DNA of 63,894 bases, the filler included, from Octopus bimaculoides (lineage: Eukaryota), in assembly GCF_001194135.2 (NCBI RefSeq). It is 7 parts of 7 records of this genome, joined end to end, with 100 filler letters (N's around TTAATTAATTAA, not from the genome) between each part and the next. Parts side by side here need not be neighbours in the genome. Positions count along the whole stretch, not along the records: positions 1 to 19,959 come from NC_069009.1; 6 more parts are not named here. One strand, given 5' to 3'. The notes beneath the pieces were generated by a model that had not been told where the DNA came from, searched no databases, and worked only from the letters and a program-made list of their open reading frames with translations. This document shows positions 1 through 11,310 of the stretch, in pieces; positions within the stretch are counted from its first letter, which is position 1, and each line of letters begins with the position of its first letter. The position numbers were made by a program, and so were the translations under genes.

Positions 1-120
1 GGCACAGTAGCCAGTCAGGAGATGCTAGCAATGATCACGCTCGAGTGGTCCTTTTTATGTGCCACTGGCACGGGAGCCAGTCAGTGGCCGTGGCAACGGT
101 CACGCTCAAATGGTGCTTTG
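1..120 (-). mobile_element. RTE LINE 3'UTR-derived repeat fragment
   Basis: gccagtcag...ggcaacggtcacgctcaaatggtgcttt units are reverse-complement homologous to the 3'UTR repeats of the RTE copy at 49400-49650. Confidence 0.6.
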
Positions 121-186
121 TAAAAAAATATATACATTCTGTGTATGTTTCTTCTTTTTATTACTTTTTTTTGCAACAACTCACCA

Positions 187-475
187 ATGTAGCTGTGTGG
201 TAAAAAGCTTGCTTCCCAACCACATGGTTCAAGGTTCAGTTCCACTGTGTGGCCCCTTGAGCAAGTGTTTTCTACTATAAGCTTGGGCTGACCAAAGCCT
301 TGTGAGTGGACTTGGTAGATGGAAACTGAAAGAAGCCTGTCATATATACATAACAAAAGAGACCGATAGAATAAGTGTTATACTTACAAAGAATAAGTCC
401 TGGGGTTGATTCCACTAAGGTGGTGCTTCAGCATGGCCACAGTCAAATGACTGAAATGTATAAAAGAGTAAAAGA
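187..475 (+). mobile_element. tRNA-derived SINE family B (head tgtagctgtgtgg...ggttcagttcc; tail ccagcatggccacagtcaaatgactgaaa), centre deleted
   Basis: Pol III A/B-box-like head; same head and tail recur at 2684-3300, 13785-14441 and 17290-17766. Confidence 0.8.
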
Positions 476-888
476 AGAATATATTTGGACGTATTAAAGC
501 ATGAAACAAATATGCGTAGAAAGAACATGTGTATATATGTATGTGTATAAAGAGAAGTGTATATATGTACAAATGCATATATGTGTGTGTTTGTTTATTG
601 AACTATGATTGAAAAGGTGTTTACATAAATGTATATGCATATGCATGTATGTATATTGTATATATAAATGAGTACATATGCATATGTGTATATACTATAT
701 GATAAATGAAATGCTGTGTATGTTTGTTTATAAATATATTGATATATGTATATACACTCACACACAAATGTGTTCATGTATATTACTGTATATGTGTATG
801 CGTATGTGTAGCTATAAAAGAATTATATATGTGCATTTGTATATATATATATTGTGTGTGTGTTAATTAGTGCATATATCTGTACCCC

Positions 889-946
<58 letters not shown>

Positions 947-1183
947 TTATTTATTTATGTGTTTCAGCCAAGTGGCTGCGGTCATGCATATATATATGTT
1001 TATGTGTATATATGTATTTGTTCTGATCTTTTAACATCCATGCGTAAAAGTTTACATGTATGTATATATGTGTATATATATCTATGCATATATAAATCTG
1101 CATGTGTCTGTGTGTATTTATATGTATATATGTGTGTGTATGAAGAGAGTATAGATGTGTGCATATGTCAAGATGTATATTTA

Positions 1184-1234
<51 letters not shown>

Positions 1235-1489
1235 ATATATATACTTATAACACGGATGAGTTGAGGAATATATATGTGTATATATGCATGTGTGAATAAG
1301 CTATAATTATGTGTATAATGCGTAGATGTACATGTGTGGGTATGAAATTATGTGTTTGCATGTGTATGTATAAACTTAACTATCTGTAAAAGTGTCTAGA
1401 TGTATATATGTATCTGCATACATGTGTATATATATATATATACATATATATATGTCTAGATGTGTGTATATATATATATGTAAATTATG

Positions 1490-1725
1490 CCTAGATGTGT
1501 GTGTATGTATATATATATATATATATGAGATGATATGTGATTTTAGTCATATATATATGTATGAGTGTGTATATATTTCTGTGTGTGTGTGTGTATATAT
1601 TTCTGTTTGTGTGTGTGTGTGTGTGTGTATATATTTCTCTGTGTGTGTGTGTGTGTGTGTATATATTTCTCTGTGTGTGTGTGTGTGTACATATTTCTGT
1701 GTGTGTGTGTGTGTGTGTGTGTACA
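1490..1725. repeat. Higher-order microsatellite: (TG)n blocks punctuated by tatatttc
   Basis: About six tgtg...tatatttc units visible in the sequence. Confidence 0.8.
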
Positions 1726-2319
1726 TATGTATATATACACAAGCAAAACACTAACTGAAATTTGACTGTATGAAAAACTAGTTTTAAATTAAGATTATCT
1801 GATTAAAATAATATTTAATCTTTCCAATTTAAAATTCTACAATTTTATCAAACTTTTCCGGTCTTACAAACCAACCTAGAAAAATACCAGATTAGCATGT
1901 CTTATTCATTTGATGCTGTTGTTGCTACTGTTGTTGATGTTGTTGGTGATGCTGTTGTTTTTTAGTTTCTTCTTGTTGCTTCTTTCTTTCTTTCCTTCTT
2001 TCCTTTCTTTCATTCCTTCTTTCTTTCTTTCATTCTTTCCTTCTTTCTTTCATTCCTTCCTTTCTTTCCTTCTCCCCCCCTCCTCCTACTCATTTGTTTC
2101 TTCCTTTATTTCTTTCCTTCTTTCTTTTCCTTTCTTCCTCACCCCCCCACCATCGCTTCCTTCATTTTCTTCTTTCTTTCTATTTTCTTTCTGGTATCAC
2201 TGCCATGGCCCCCACCACCACCAACACCATCATCACAATTATCATTATCATCGTCCCATCTTTTGTTTAGTCATAGTGTATCTAGGACTACATCATCAAA
2301 TGTCTAGTACTTTAGTTAA

Positions 2320-2430
2320 CATCAGTGTTGTTGATATTTAACCCCAGGTCAGTCCTGATCCAGTAGAGAGATCTATGAACAGAAATGTTCCAGCAGTGAT
2401 CATCCCATCTCTATTTAGATACAGTGTATC
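2320..2430 (-). mobile_element. Interspersed repeat family E fragment
   Basis: aaccccaggtcagtcctgat...gatcatcccatc resembles diverged copies at 31370-31550, 32500-32680 and 47610-47700. Confidence 0.45.
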
Positions 2431-2655
2431 TTGTACTACATTGTCTAATGTATAATATAGTAGTGAGTACTAGTGGCAATAGCTGTTCTATAACCCTAGG
2501 TCAGTGCTCATCCAGTATTCCATCATTTTATACCATCTTCTATCACAGTTTTTATTCAATGTCTTTCATTTTGTATGTATTTTGTGCATGTATGTATGTA
2601 TATATGTGTGTGTGTGTGTTTGTGTATGCATATGTGTATATATATATATATATAT

Positions 2656-2683
<28 letters not shown>

Positions 2684-2691
<8 letters not shown>

Positions 2692-3300
2692 TGGGTGGTA
2701 AGTAGCTTGCTTACCAACCACATGGTTCTGGGTTCAGTCTCACTATGTGGTACCTTGGGCAAGTGTCTTCTATTATAACCTCGGGCCGACCAAAGCCTTG
2801 TGAATGGATTTGCTAGACGGAAACTGAAAAAAGCCCGTCATATATATGTACATATATATATNNNNNNNNNNNNNNNNNNNNNNNNNNNNNNNNNNNNNNN
2901 NNNNNNNNNNNNNNNNNNNNNNNNNNNNNNNNNNNNNNNNNNNNNNNNNNNNNNNNNNNNNNNNNNNNNNNNNNNNNNNNNNNNNNNNNNNNNNNNNNNN
3001 NNNNNNNNNNNNNNNNNNNNNNNNNNNNNNNNNNNNNNNNNNNNNNNNNNNNNNNNNNNNNNNNNNNNNNNNNNNNNNNNNNNNNNNNNNNNNNNNNNNN
3101 NNNNNNNNNNCCCCCCCCTCAACATCGCTTGACAACCGATACTGGTGTGTTTATGTCCCTGTAACTTAGCAGTTCGGCAAAAGAGACCGATAGAATAAGT
3201 ACTAGGCTTACAAAGAATAAGTCCTGGGGTTGACTTGCTCGACTAAAGGCGGTGCTCCAGCATGGCCACAGTCAAATGACTGAAACAAGTAAAAGAGTAT
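2684..3300 (+). mobile_element. SINE family B; its internal microsatellite falls in an N gap
   Basis: Head gagtggctgggtggtaagtagcttgc (2684-2840) and tail ending gactgaaacaagtaaaagagta (3111-3300). Confidence 0.9.
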
Positions 3301-3313
3301 ACTGTACACTTAG

Positions 3314-3345
<32 letters not shown>

Positions 3346-3559
3346 GCAAAACAGGCTTCCGTACTGCTTTCACATTTGTCTTGGAGGATATTGGCCAACT
3401 CAAGGCTCTCACAGAAGACCCTTGTTCCAAAGTGGTTCCTTGTGGGTTGGAACCCAGAAGCATCTCTTCGCAAAGGTTATTTCTTTGTATCATGCCTGAG
3501 CCTGAATTTAGATTTTAGACTTTCTTTTTTTATGTCTGCAGGAATGTGTTGCGAAATTA

Positions 3560-3862
3560 TAATGGCCTCTCACATCGAGGACAATGTATGAGTGTTCAGT
3601 TTTTGCTAAACGACCTGCACACGCTGTTTGTTTATGGTGATCAAATGTCTGTAACACACATTAGCTCAGTCTCTCCATCAAATCGACTTTGTCTGAAAAG
3701 GTGCACGGTGTGCCATGCATCAGGTGTGAAATTGATAGCAAAGCAATGTAAGATGAAGTGTTTCACTTAGGAACACAACGCACCACCCGGTCTAGGAATT
3801 GAAACCACATTCTTGTGATTGTGAGTGCAACACCCTAACCACTAAACCATGTGCCTTCACAC
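3560..3862 (-). mobile_element. tRNA-derived SINE family D
   Basis: Minus strand reads gtgaaggcacatggtttagtggttaggg (A-box) ... ggtttcaattcc (B-box), then a non-tRNA body. Confidence 0.7.
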
Positions 3863-3949
3863 ACACACACACATATATAAATATATATGTGTTCGTGTGT
3901 GTGTGTGTGTACAATGCATGTAAAAGAATATATATATGTACATGTGTGT

Positions 3950-4115
3950 ATCCCTTCTACTACAGACACAAGACCTGAAATTTAAGGGGAGAGGGCTTCT
4001 TGCTGACATTGACCCCAGGGGTTCAGCTGGCACTTACTTCATCGACCTCGAAAGAGTAAAAGGCTGAGTTGACCTCAGCAGAATTTGAACTCAGAATGTA
4101 AAGACAGATGAACTA
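3950..4115 (-). mobile_element. SINE family A fragment
   Basis: gttgacctcagcagaatttgaactcagaa and cttcatcgacc core match other family A copies. Confidence 0.75.
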
Positions 4116-4218
4116 CCACTCTACCACTTCACATTGTGTATGTGTGTATGTGTGTCCGTAGTTGTTCGGTTTTGGTGAGGTGAGAATTCTGTTTATTTAT
4201 ATATATTTTTGGGACAAT

Positions 4219-4280
4219 ATTGTGCTGATGAACGAAGTCTAGATTCACTCTAGTAATCGCGAAATCGGTCAATACGCAAT
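4219..4280 (+). ncRNA. Type I hammerhead ribozyme motif (slightly degenerate)
   Basis: CTGATGA 4225-4231; stem II CGA/TCG plus CTAGA/TCTAG; GAAA 4261-4264; 2-bp stem III with 6-nt loop; AUA triplet 4272-4274; stem I ATTGTG (4219-4224) / CGCAAT (4275-4280). A10.1-C11.1 is a mismatch. Confidence 0.75.
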
Positions 4281-4535
4281 TAAGTCTATTTTAAAAGAAA
4301 GTTGGTCATCTTCTGTTGGTTGTTTTTTCCTCGCATGGGTACTAAATGTGGTTATTTTTTGAGAAGTCCACTGTGTGGCGTTATTATTATTTTTCTATAA
4401 TAATGCCCTTTATATAAATATAAACGAATAATTATATTCTTGGGAATAGATATTTCCCTAATGAATCTTTTTACACACTGGCTTCTTGATAAAATTCTTG
4501 TAAAAGAGTTTTATCCTTTTTTGAAATTTATTTAT

Positions 4536-4617
<82 letters not shown>

Positions 4618-4888
4618 TTAACACAGACATTTATATGTATGTATATATGCATATATAAATGTCATCATTGTAACATCCTTCCCTCTCTCATTACCTTTCC
4701 TCCATCTCTCATTTTCTTACATATGCATATATAAATATATATGCATATGTAATTACGTATACATATATATCCATAAATGTACATAGATTTTATGCATAAA
4801 TGCACACATACACATATATATCAAAGAATATGTATAGCAGTGTATATGCATGTGTATATACATACATATATATATATATATATATATG

Positions 4889-4986
4889 AGCCTGGTGTAG
4901 CCATCCGGTTGCACCAGTCCTCAGTCAAATCGTCCAACCCATGCTAACATGGAAAGCGGACGTTAAACGATGAAGATGATGATGAT
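4889..4986 (+). mobile_element. RTE-tail repeat (family C) ending in (GAT)n
   Basis: cagtcctcagtcaaatcgtccaacccatgc...ggacgttaaacgatga matches the RTE end at 49720-49810. Confidence 0.85.
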
Positions 4987-5019
4987 ATAAATAAATAAAT
5001 ATATGTATATACATATATG

Positions 5020-5064
<45 letters not shown>

Positions 5065-5859
5065 NNNNNNNNNNNNNNNNNNNNNNNNNNNNNNNNNNNN
5101 NNNNNNNNNNNNNNNNNNNNNNNNNNNNNNNNNNNNNNNNNNNNNNNNNNNNNNNNNNNNNNNNNNNNNNNNNNNNNNNNNNNNNNNNNNNNNNNNNNNN
5201 NNNNNNNNNNNNNNNNNNNNNNNNNNNNNNNNNNNNNNNNNNNNNNNNNNNNNNNNNNNNNNNNNNNNNNNNNNNNNNNNNNNNNNNNNNNNNNNNNNNN
5301 NNNNNNNNNNNNNNNNNNNNNNNNNNNNNNNNNNNNNNNNNNNNNNNNNNNNNNNNNNNNNNNNNNNNNNNNNNNNNNNNNNNNNNNNNNNNNNNNNNNN
5401 NNNNNNNNNNNNNNNNNNNNNNNNNNNNNNNNNNNNNNNNNNNNNNNNNNNNNNNNNNNNNNNNNNNNNNNNNNNNNNNNNNNNNNNNNNNNNNNNNNNN
5501 NNNNNNNNNNNNNNNNNNNNNNNNNNNNNNNNNNNNNNNNNNNNNNNNNNNNNNNNNNNNNNNNNNNNNNNNNNNNNNNNNNNNNNNNNNNNNNNNNNNN
5601 NNNNNNNNNNNNNNNNNNNNNNNNNNNNNNNNNNNNNNNNNNNNNNNNNNNNNNNNNNNNNNNNNNNNNNNNNNNNNNNNNNNNNNNNNNNNNNNNNNNN
5701 NNNNNNNNNNNNNNNNNNNNNNNNNNNNNNNNNNNNNNNNNNNNNNNNNNNNNNNNNNNNNNNNNNNNNNNNNNNNNNNNNNNNNNNNNNNNNNNNNNNN
5801 NNNNNNNNNNNNNNNNNNNNNNNNNNNNNNNNNNNNNNNNNNNNNNNNNNNNNNNNNNN

Positions 5860-6075
5860 CATCATCATCATCGTTTAACGTCCGCCTTCCATGCTAGCAT
5901 GGGTTGGACGATTTGACTGAGGACTGGTGAAACCGGATGGCAACACCAGGCTCCAATCTAATTTGGCAGAGTTTCTACAGCTGGATGCCCTTCCTAATGC
6001 CAACCGCTCCGAGAGTGGAGTGGGTGCTTTTTACGTGCCACCTGCACAGGACTCAGCCAATGTTTTGTTCACATG
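5860..6075 (-). mobile_element. RTE-tail repeat (family C)
   Basis: (CAT)n-cgtttaacgtccgccttccatgctagcatggg... Confidence 0.85.
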
Positions 6076-6202
6076 CCACCAGCATATATAAATACACACA
6101 CAAATACATACATTTGTGTGTGTGTATATATATTTATGTATACTTAAAAGTAGATTTAATTACTTAACACATTATAAGTGTATAAATATATATGTATTTA
6201 TA

Positions 6203-6735
6203 TCATCATCATCATCATCATCGTTTAACGTCCGCCTTCCATGCTAGCATGGGTTGGACGATTTGACTGAGGACTGGTGAAACCGGATGGCAACACCAGG
6301 CTCCAATCTGATTTGGCAGAGTTTCTACAGCTGGATGCCCTTCNNNNNNNNNNNNNNNNNNNNNNNNNNNNNNNNNNNNNNNNNNNNNNNNNNNNNNNNN
6401 NNNNNNNNNNNNNNNNNNNNNNNNNNNNNNNNNNNNNNNNNNNNNNNNNNNNNNNNNNNNNNNNNNNNNNNNNNNNNNNNNNNNNNNNNNNNNNNNNNNN
6501 NNNNNNNNNNNNNNNNNNNNNNNNNNNNNNNNNNNNNNNNNNNNNNNNNNNNNNNNNNNNNNNNNNNNNNNNNNNNNNNNNNNNNNNNNNNNNNNNNNNN
6601 NNNNNNNNNNNNNNNNNNNNNNNNNNGCACGAAAGATATCATGTGTCGCCCGCACAAGAGCCAGTCCATGGGCACTGGCAACAATCTCGCTCGAAAGATT
6701 TCATGTGTCGCCCGCACATGAGCCAGTCCGACATT
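6203..6735 (-). mobile_element. RTE-tail repeat (family C), spans a gap; tandem 3'UTR units at 6626-6735
   Basis: Near-identical to 5860-5995; repeated catgtgtcgcccgcac...gagccagtcc units after the gap. Confidence 0.75.
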
Positions 6736-6818
6736 CACATAAATATATTTATGCACAGCAAAGCTTAAATCCTGATGTGTGTGTGTATGTATATATATAC
6801 ATATATATAAATATACAC

Positions 6819-7059
6819 AATTTAAAATTTAGGGTTCAGCAAGTACTGCTTGACCACACACCGAAAATTAGAAATAGCAGCCAAAAACTACTATTTCTCT
6901 ACTAAAATACGACTCCCCAAAACCGTAATACACTCAAGTTTGCAAGTATTTTTTAGGGGGGGGATTTATATTTTAGTCGAGAAATAGTAGTTTTTGGCTG
7001 CTATTTCTAATTTTCGGTGTGTGGTGAAGCAATACTTGCTGAACCCTAAATTTTAAATT
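6819..7059. mobile_element. Hairpin/MITE-like element with about 90-bp inverted arms
   Basis: 6819-6909 is the near-perfect reverse complement of 6969-7059; TAGGG...CCCTA inner ends; no TSD seen. Confidence 0.8.
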
Positions 7060-7400
7060 CTTTTTATATATTTACCGATAATGGTTTTTAACACACCGAA
7101 CTATTCGGTAAAATTATTAATTATCAATTAATTATTAATTTTTACCCTATGTCTGTATGAGTATATATAAATATATGTCGTTTGTAGAAACTATAAAACT
7201 GGAAAACAATCACAGTCTAAGATGTAGAGCAGTGAAGATTTTAAGGGGGAAGGTTGGTATATGGGATTACCCTAGGTTTCCAGACTATAAAGGATTTAGC
7301 TTTGTGGCATATCATCAGACCCCAAAATCTGTTGGCCTAAGACCTCTTTCAAAATTCGCATAAACTGACCTTCCCCATTAAAAAAAATATATATACATAT

Positions 7401-7970
7401 TCTTCTAATCTTTTACTTGTTTCAGTAATTTGACTGTGGCCATGCTGGAGCACCACTTTCAGTTGAACAAATCGACCCCAGGACTCACTCTTTGTAAGCC
7501 TGGTACTTATTTTATCGGCCTCCTTTGCTGAATCACTAAGTACTGGGGACGTAAACACACCGGCATCGGTTGTCAAGTGATGGTGGGATGACAAATACAG
7601 ACACACACACACACATGTATGTATGTATGTATGTATATATATATATGTATATATATATCATCATCATCATCATCATCATCGTTTAACGTCGGCTTTCCAT
7701 GCTAGCATGGGTTGGACGATTTGACTGAGGACTGGTGAAACCGGATGGCTACACCAGGCTCCAGTCTGATTTGGCAGAGTTTCTACAGCTGGATGCCCTT
7801 CCTAACGCCAACCACTCATATATGACAGGCTTCTTTCAGTTTCCATCAACCAAATCCACTCAGAAGGCTTTGGTTGGCCTGAGGCTATAGTAGATGTTTG
7901 CTCAAGGTGTCACACAGTGGGACTGAACCCAGAACCATGTGGTTGGGAAACAAGCCTCTTACCACAAGCC
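7401..7970 (-). mobile_element. SINE family B interrupted by an RTE-tail copy (7658-7817)
   Basis: Tail half 7401-7610, head half 7820-7970, with a family C copy in the internal microsatellite. Confidence 0.85.
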
Positions 7971-8341
7971 TCGTACCATACCATTTATGCACACACACCA
8001 CACACACACATACACACACACACACACACATATGTGTATATATACATGTATAACTACATATATAGTGTTATGGAAAATGATTTTCTGCATACATATACAC
8101 ACGTGAATATATAATGTTAATGTATAACATAAACGAAATTAAAAATTAAAATCGAAAGAGCCAATCGGTGCATGCTGTATGGCTGTTGGTGATCACGGGA
8201 TTATCCTGGGATTAGCTGGTATCAGGGAGATTAAAGTACTCACAATTACAGATTGAGGTGTCAAAGTTGAAGACAAGATTTGTGGTCATGAATGTATGTA
8301 TAAGTGTCTCTATGTGTGTGTATAATGTACACATGCACTTT

Positions 8342-8580
8342 CCAACTTTCCTTTTTTGTCTCTTCTTCTTCTTCTTCTCCTAATTCTTCTTCTTCTTCCA
8401 ATTCTTCTTCTTCTGCTTCCAATTCTTTTTCTTCTTCTTCTTCTAATTCTTCTCCTTCTTCTTCTTCCAATTCTTCTTCTTCTTCTTCTTCTTCTTCCAA
8501 TTCTTCTTCTTCTTCTTCTAATCCTCCTCCTCCCCCACCCCCTAATAATAATAATAATAACAACAATAATAATAATAATA
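8342..8580. repeat. Compound (TTC)n repeat punctuated by C/TAA, then (CCT)n and (AAT)n
   Basis: Seen directly in the sequence. Confidence 0.9.
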
Positions 8581-8761
8581 ATGGTCCCAAATTTTGGCAC
8601 AAGGCCAGCAATTTGGGGGTAGGGGATAAGTTGATTAAATCGACTCCAGTTCTCAACTGGTACTAAGTTTATTGACCCCAAAAGGATGCAAAGAATAGCC
8701 AACCTCAGCAAAATGTGAAGACTGGCAAAATGCGGATAAGCATTTCTGCTAACTCTGTGCC

Positions 8762-8800
<39 letters not shown>

Positions 8801-9250
8801 GTAATAACAACAATAATAATAATAATAATAATAATAACAATCCTTTCTGCTATAGGCACAAGGCCTGAAATTTTGGCAGAGGGAGCCAGTCAATTAGATC
8901 GACCCCAGTATGTATCTGGTACTTAATCTATTGACCCTGAAAGGATGAAAGGCAAAGTCGACCTTGGTGGAATTTGAACTCAGAACGTAGCGGCAGATAA
9001 AATACTGCAAAGCATTTCACCCGGCGTGCTAACGATTCTGTTGGCTTGCTGTCTTTTATTAATAATGGTTTCAAATTTTGCTACAAAGGCAGCAATTCTG
9101 GTGGAGGGGATGAGTCGATTTCATCGACCCCAGTGTTCAACTGGTACTTATTTCATCGACCCAAATCTTAGTGGAATTTGAACTCAGAACAGAGCAACTG
9201 GCAAAATACCGTTAAGCATTTTGTCCAGTGTGCTAACAATTCTGCCAAAT
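8580..9250 (-). mobile_element. Three same-orientation SINE family A copies (8580-8760, 8842-9050, 9065-9250) with (AAT)n spacers
   Basis: Each carries aatcgacc/tcccagt...ggtact...ttgacccc...aatttgaactcagaa-type motifs. Confidence 0.85.
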
Positions 9251-9284
9251 AATCATAATAATAATAACAATAATAATAATATAT

Positions 9285-9810
9285 GGGGTACAGCAAATAT
9301 TCTGCTCAATACCACAGATTTGCTTGTCAGTTGTTTGACCTTAACCAGTTGATTATGTCCCTTGGTGGCTGATGATATGTGCATCTCTGATCATGAGCAG
9401 AAGTAGTGGGGGAGCATCATAGCCATGTGTTGAGAGGAATTCTTTGGGGTTTGAATAATTCACCTTTGGAAACATGGGTGTTTTGCTCAACATTCTTAAA
9501 CAAACCCTATTCAGGGGACCTTTTGAGAGGGATGTGCTACTCGACCTGAAGAAAATTCTAACTGGGCCCCGCCTGCAAGGTCATGAGCTGTTTATCTCTG
9601 ATCATGAGCAGAAGTAGAGGGGGAGCATCATAGCCATGTGTTGAGAGGAATTCTTTGAGGTTTGAATAATTCACCTCTGGAAACATGAGTGTTTCATTTA
9701 TGATCCTTAAACAACCCTTTTATCAGACGGGTAGTTCTGATGGGTATACTGGGCTTTGTATATTTGTACCCCAGTGTCACTTTGATGGCATGCACTGCTC
9801 TCTTACTCAC
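9285..9810. repeat. Interspersed repeat with an internal ~110-bp direct duplication; second copy at 39641-39960
   Basis: ctctgatcatgagcagaagtag...ggaaacatg occurs at about 9385-9480 and 9596-9690; ctaactgggcccc..aaggtcatg and tatcagacgggtag are shared with 39740-39940. Confidence 0.7.
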
Positions 9811-9969
9811 TCATTCAAGAATTTCAGGAGAAGGGGTTAAGTCGATTACATTGACCCTAGTACTTAACTGGTACTTATTTTATTGACCCTGAAAGATGCT
9901 CCAGCATGGCTGCAGTCAGATGACTGAAACAGATAAAAGAAAAGAAACGAATATATATTTATACACAAT

Positions 9970-10125
9970 ATGGTTCTTTTAGTTTCCATCTACTAAATCC
10001 ACTCCCAAGGGTTTGACTGGCCCGAGGCCATAGTAGAAGACCCTTGCTCAAGATGCCATGGATTGGGACTGAACCCACAACCCTGTGGTTGGGAAATAAA
10101 GTGTCTCAGCAACACAGCTAGACCT
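9970..10125 (-). mobile_element. SINE family B head fragment
   Basis: ctaaatccactc...gggactgaacccacaaccctgtggttggg. Confidence 0.7.
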
Positions 10126-11276
10126 GCATGTATGATAATTCTCTGATTCTTACAGTAAGTTCCACAAATCGGTTACAGTAAATTTCAGCAAATTCTTCAC
10201 CATCTTGGATCATTTGACAGCGGAATTTTTCTTATTTTGTCTACATTTGTTATTTCCATGGAGAATTTCGGTGATTCCGTCTGCCACTGGCTGCTCAATT
10301 TCTTCACCAATCATTATCTATGGTTTCTTAGATTCTCTAATTACATATCAGGCTTCTTATGGTGCTCTGAGATATTTTCTGGAACCAGTAAATGGTTAAA
10401 AAAANNNNNNNNNNNNNNNNNNNNNNNNNNNNNNNNNNNNNNNNNNNNNNNNNNNNNNNNNNNNNNNNNNNNNNNNNNNNNNNNNNNNNNNNNNNNNNNN
10501 NNNNNNNNNNNNNNNNNNNNNNNNNNNNNNNNNNNNNNNNNNNNNNNNNNNNNNNNNNNNNNNNNNNNNNNNNNNNNNNNNNNNNNNNNNNNNNNNNNNN
10601 NNNNNNNNNNNNNNNNNNNNNNNNNNNNNNNNNNNNNNNNNNNNNNNNNNNNNNNNNNNNNNNNNNNNNNNNNNNNNNNNNNNNNNNNNNNNNNNNNNNN
10701 NNNNNNNNNNNNNNNNNNNNNNNNNNNNNNNNNNNNNNNNNNNNNNNNNNNNNNNNNNNNNNNNNNNNNNNNNNNNNNNNNNNNNNNNNNNNNNNNNNNN
10801 NNNNNNNNNNNNNNNNNNNNNNNNNNNNNNNNNNNNNNNNNNNNNNNNNNNNNNNNNNNNNNNNNNNNNNNNNNNNNNNNNNNNNNNNNNNNNNNNNNNN
10901 NNNNNNNNNNNNNNNNNNNNNNNNNNNNNNNNNNNNNNNNNNNNNNNNNNNNNNNNNNNNNNNNNNNNNNNNNNNNNNNNNNNNNNNNNNNNNNNNNNNN
11001 NNNNNNNNNNNNNNNNNNNNNNNNNNNNNNNNNNNNNNNNNNNNNNNNNNNNNNNNNNNNNNNNNNNNNNNNNNNNNNNNNNNNNNNNNNNNNNNNNNNN
11101 NNNNNNNNNNNNNNNNNNNNNNNNNNNNNNNNNNNNNNNNNNNNNNNNNNNNNNNNNNNNNNNNNNNNNNNNNNNNNNNNNNNNNNNNNNNNNNNNNNNN
11201 NNNNNNNNNNNNNNNNNNNNNNNNNNNNNNNNNNNNNNNNNNNNNNNNNNNNNNNNNNNNNNNNNNNNNNNNNNNN

Positions 11277-11310
<34 letters not shown>

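Noticed and set aside
384-2778. Many ORFs rich in YI/CV/HT/ER dipeptides, here and throughout the window
   Set aside because: They are translations of (TA)n, (TG)n, (CA)n and (GA)n microsatellites with no domain content.
4963-5916. Long ORFs of 150-420 aa made mostly of X (also at 10237, 12789, 15560, 40220, 52403, 54440 and 56270)
   Set aside because: They are open only because they span N gaps.
8261-8840. Poly-Glu/Leu/Ser/Arg ORFs
   Set aside because: They are trinucleotide repeats plus SINE sequence, open in several frames at once.
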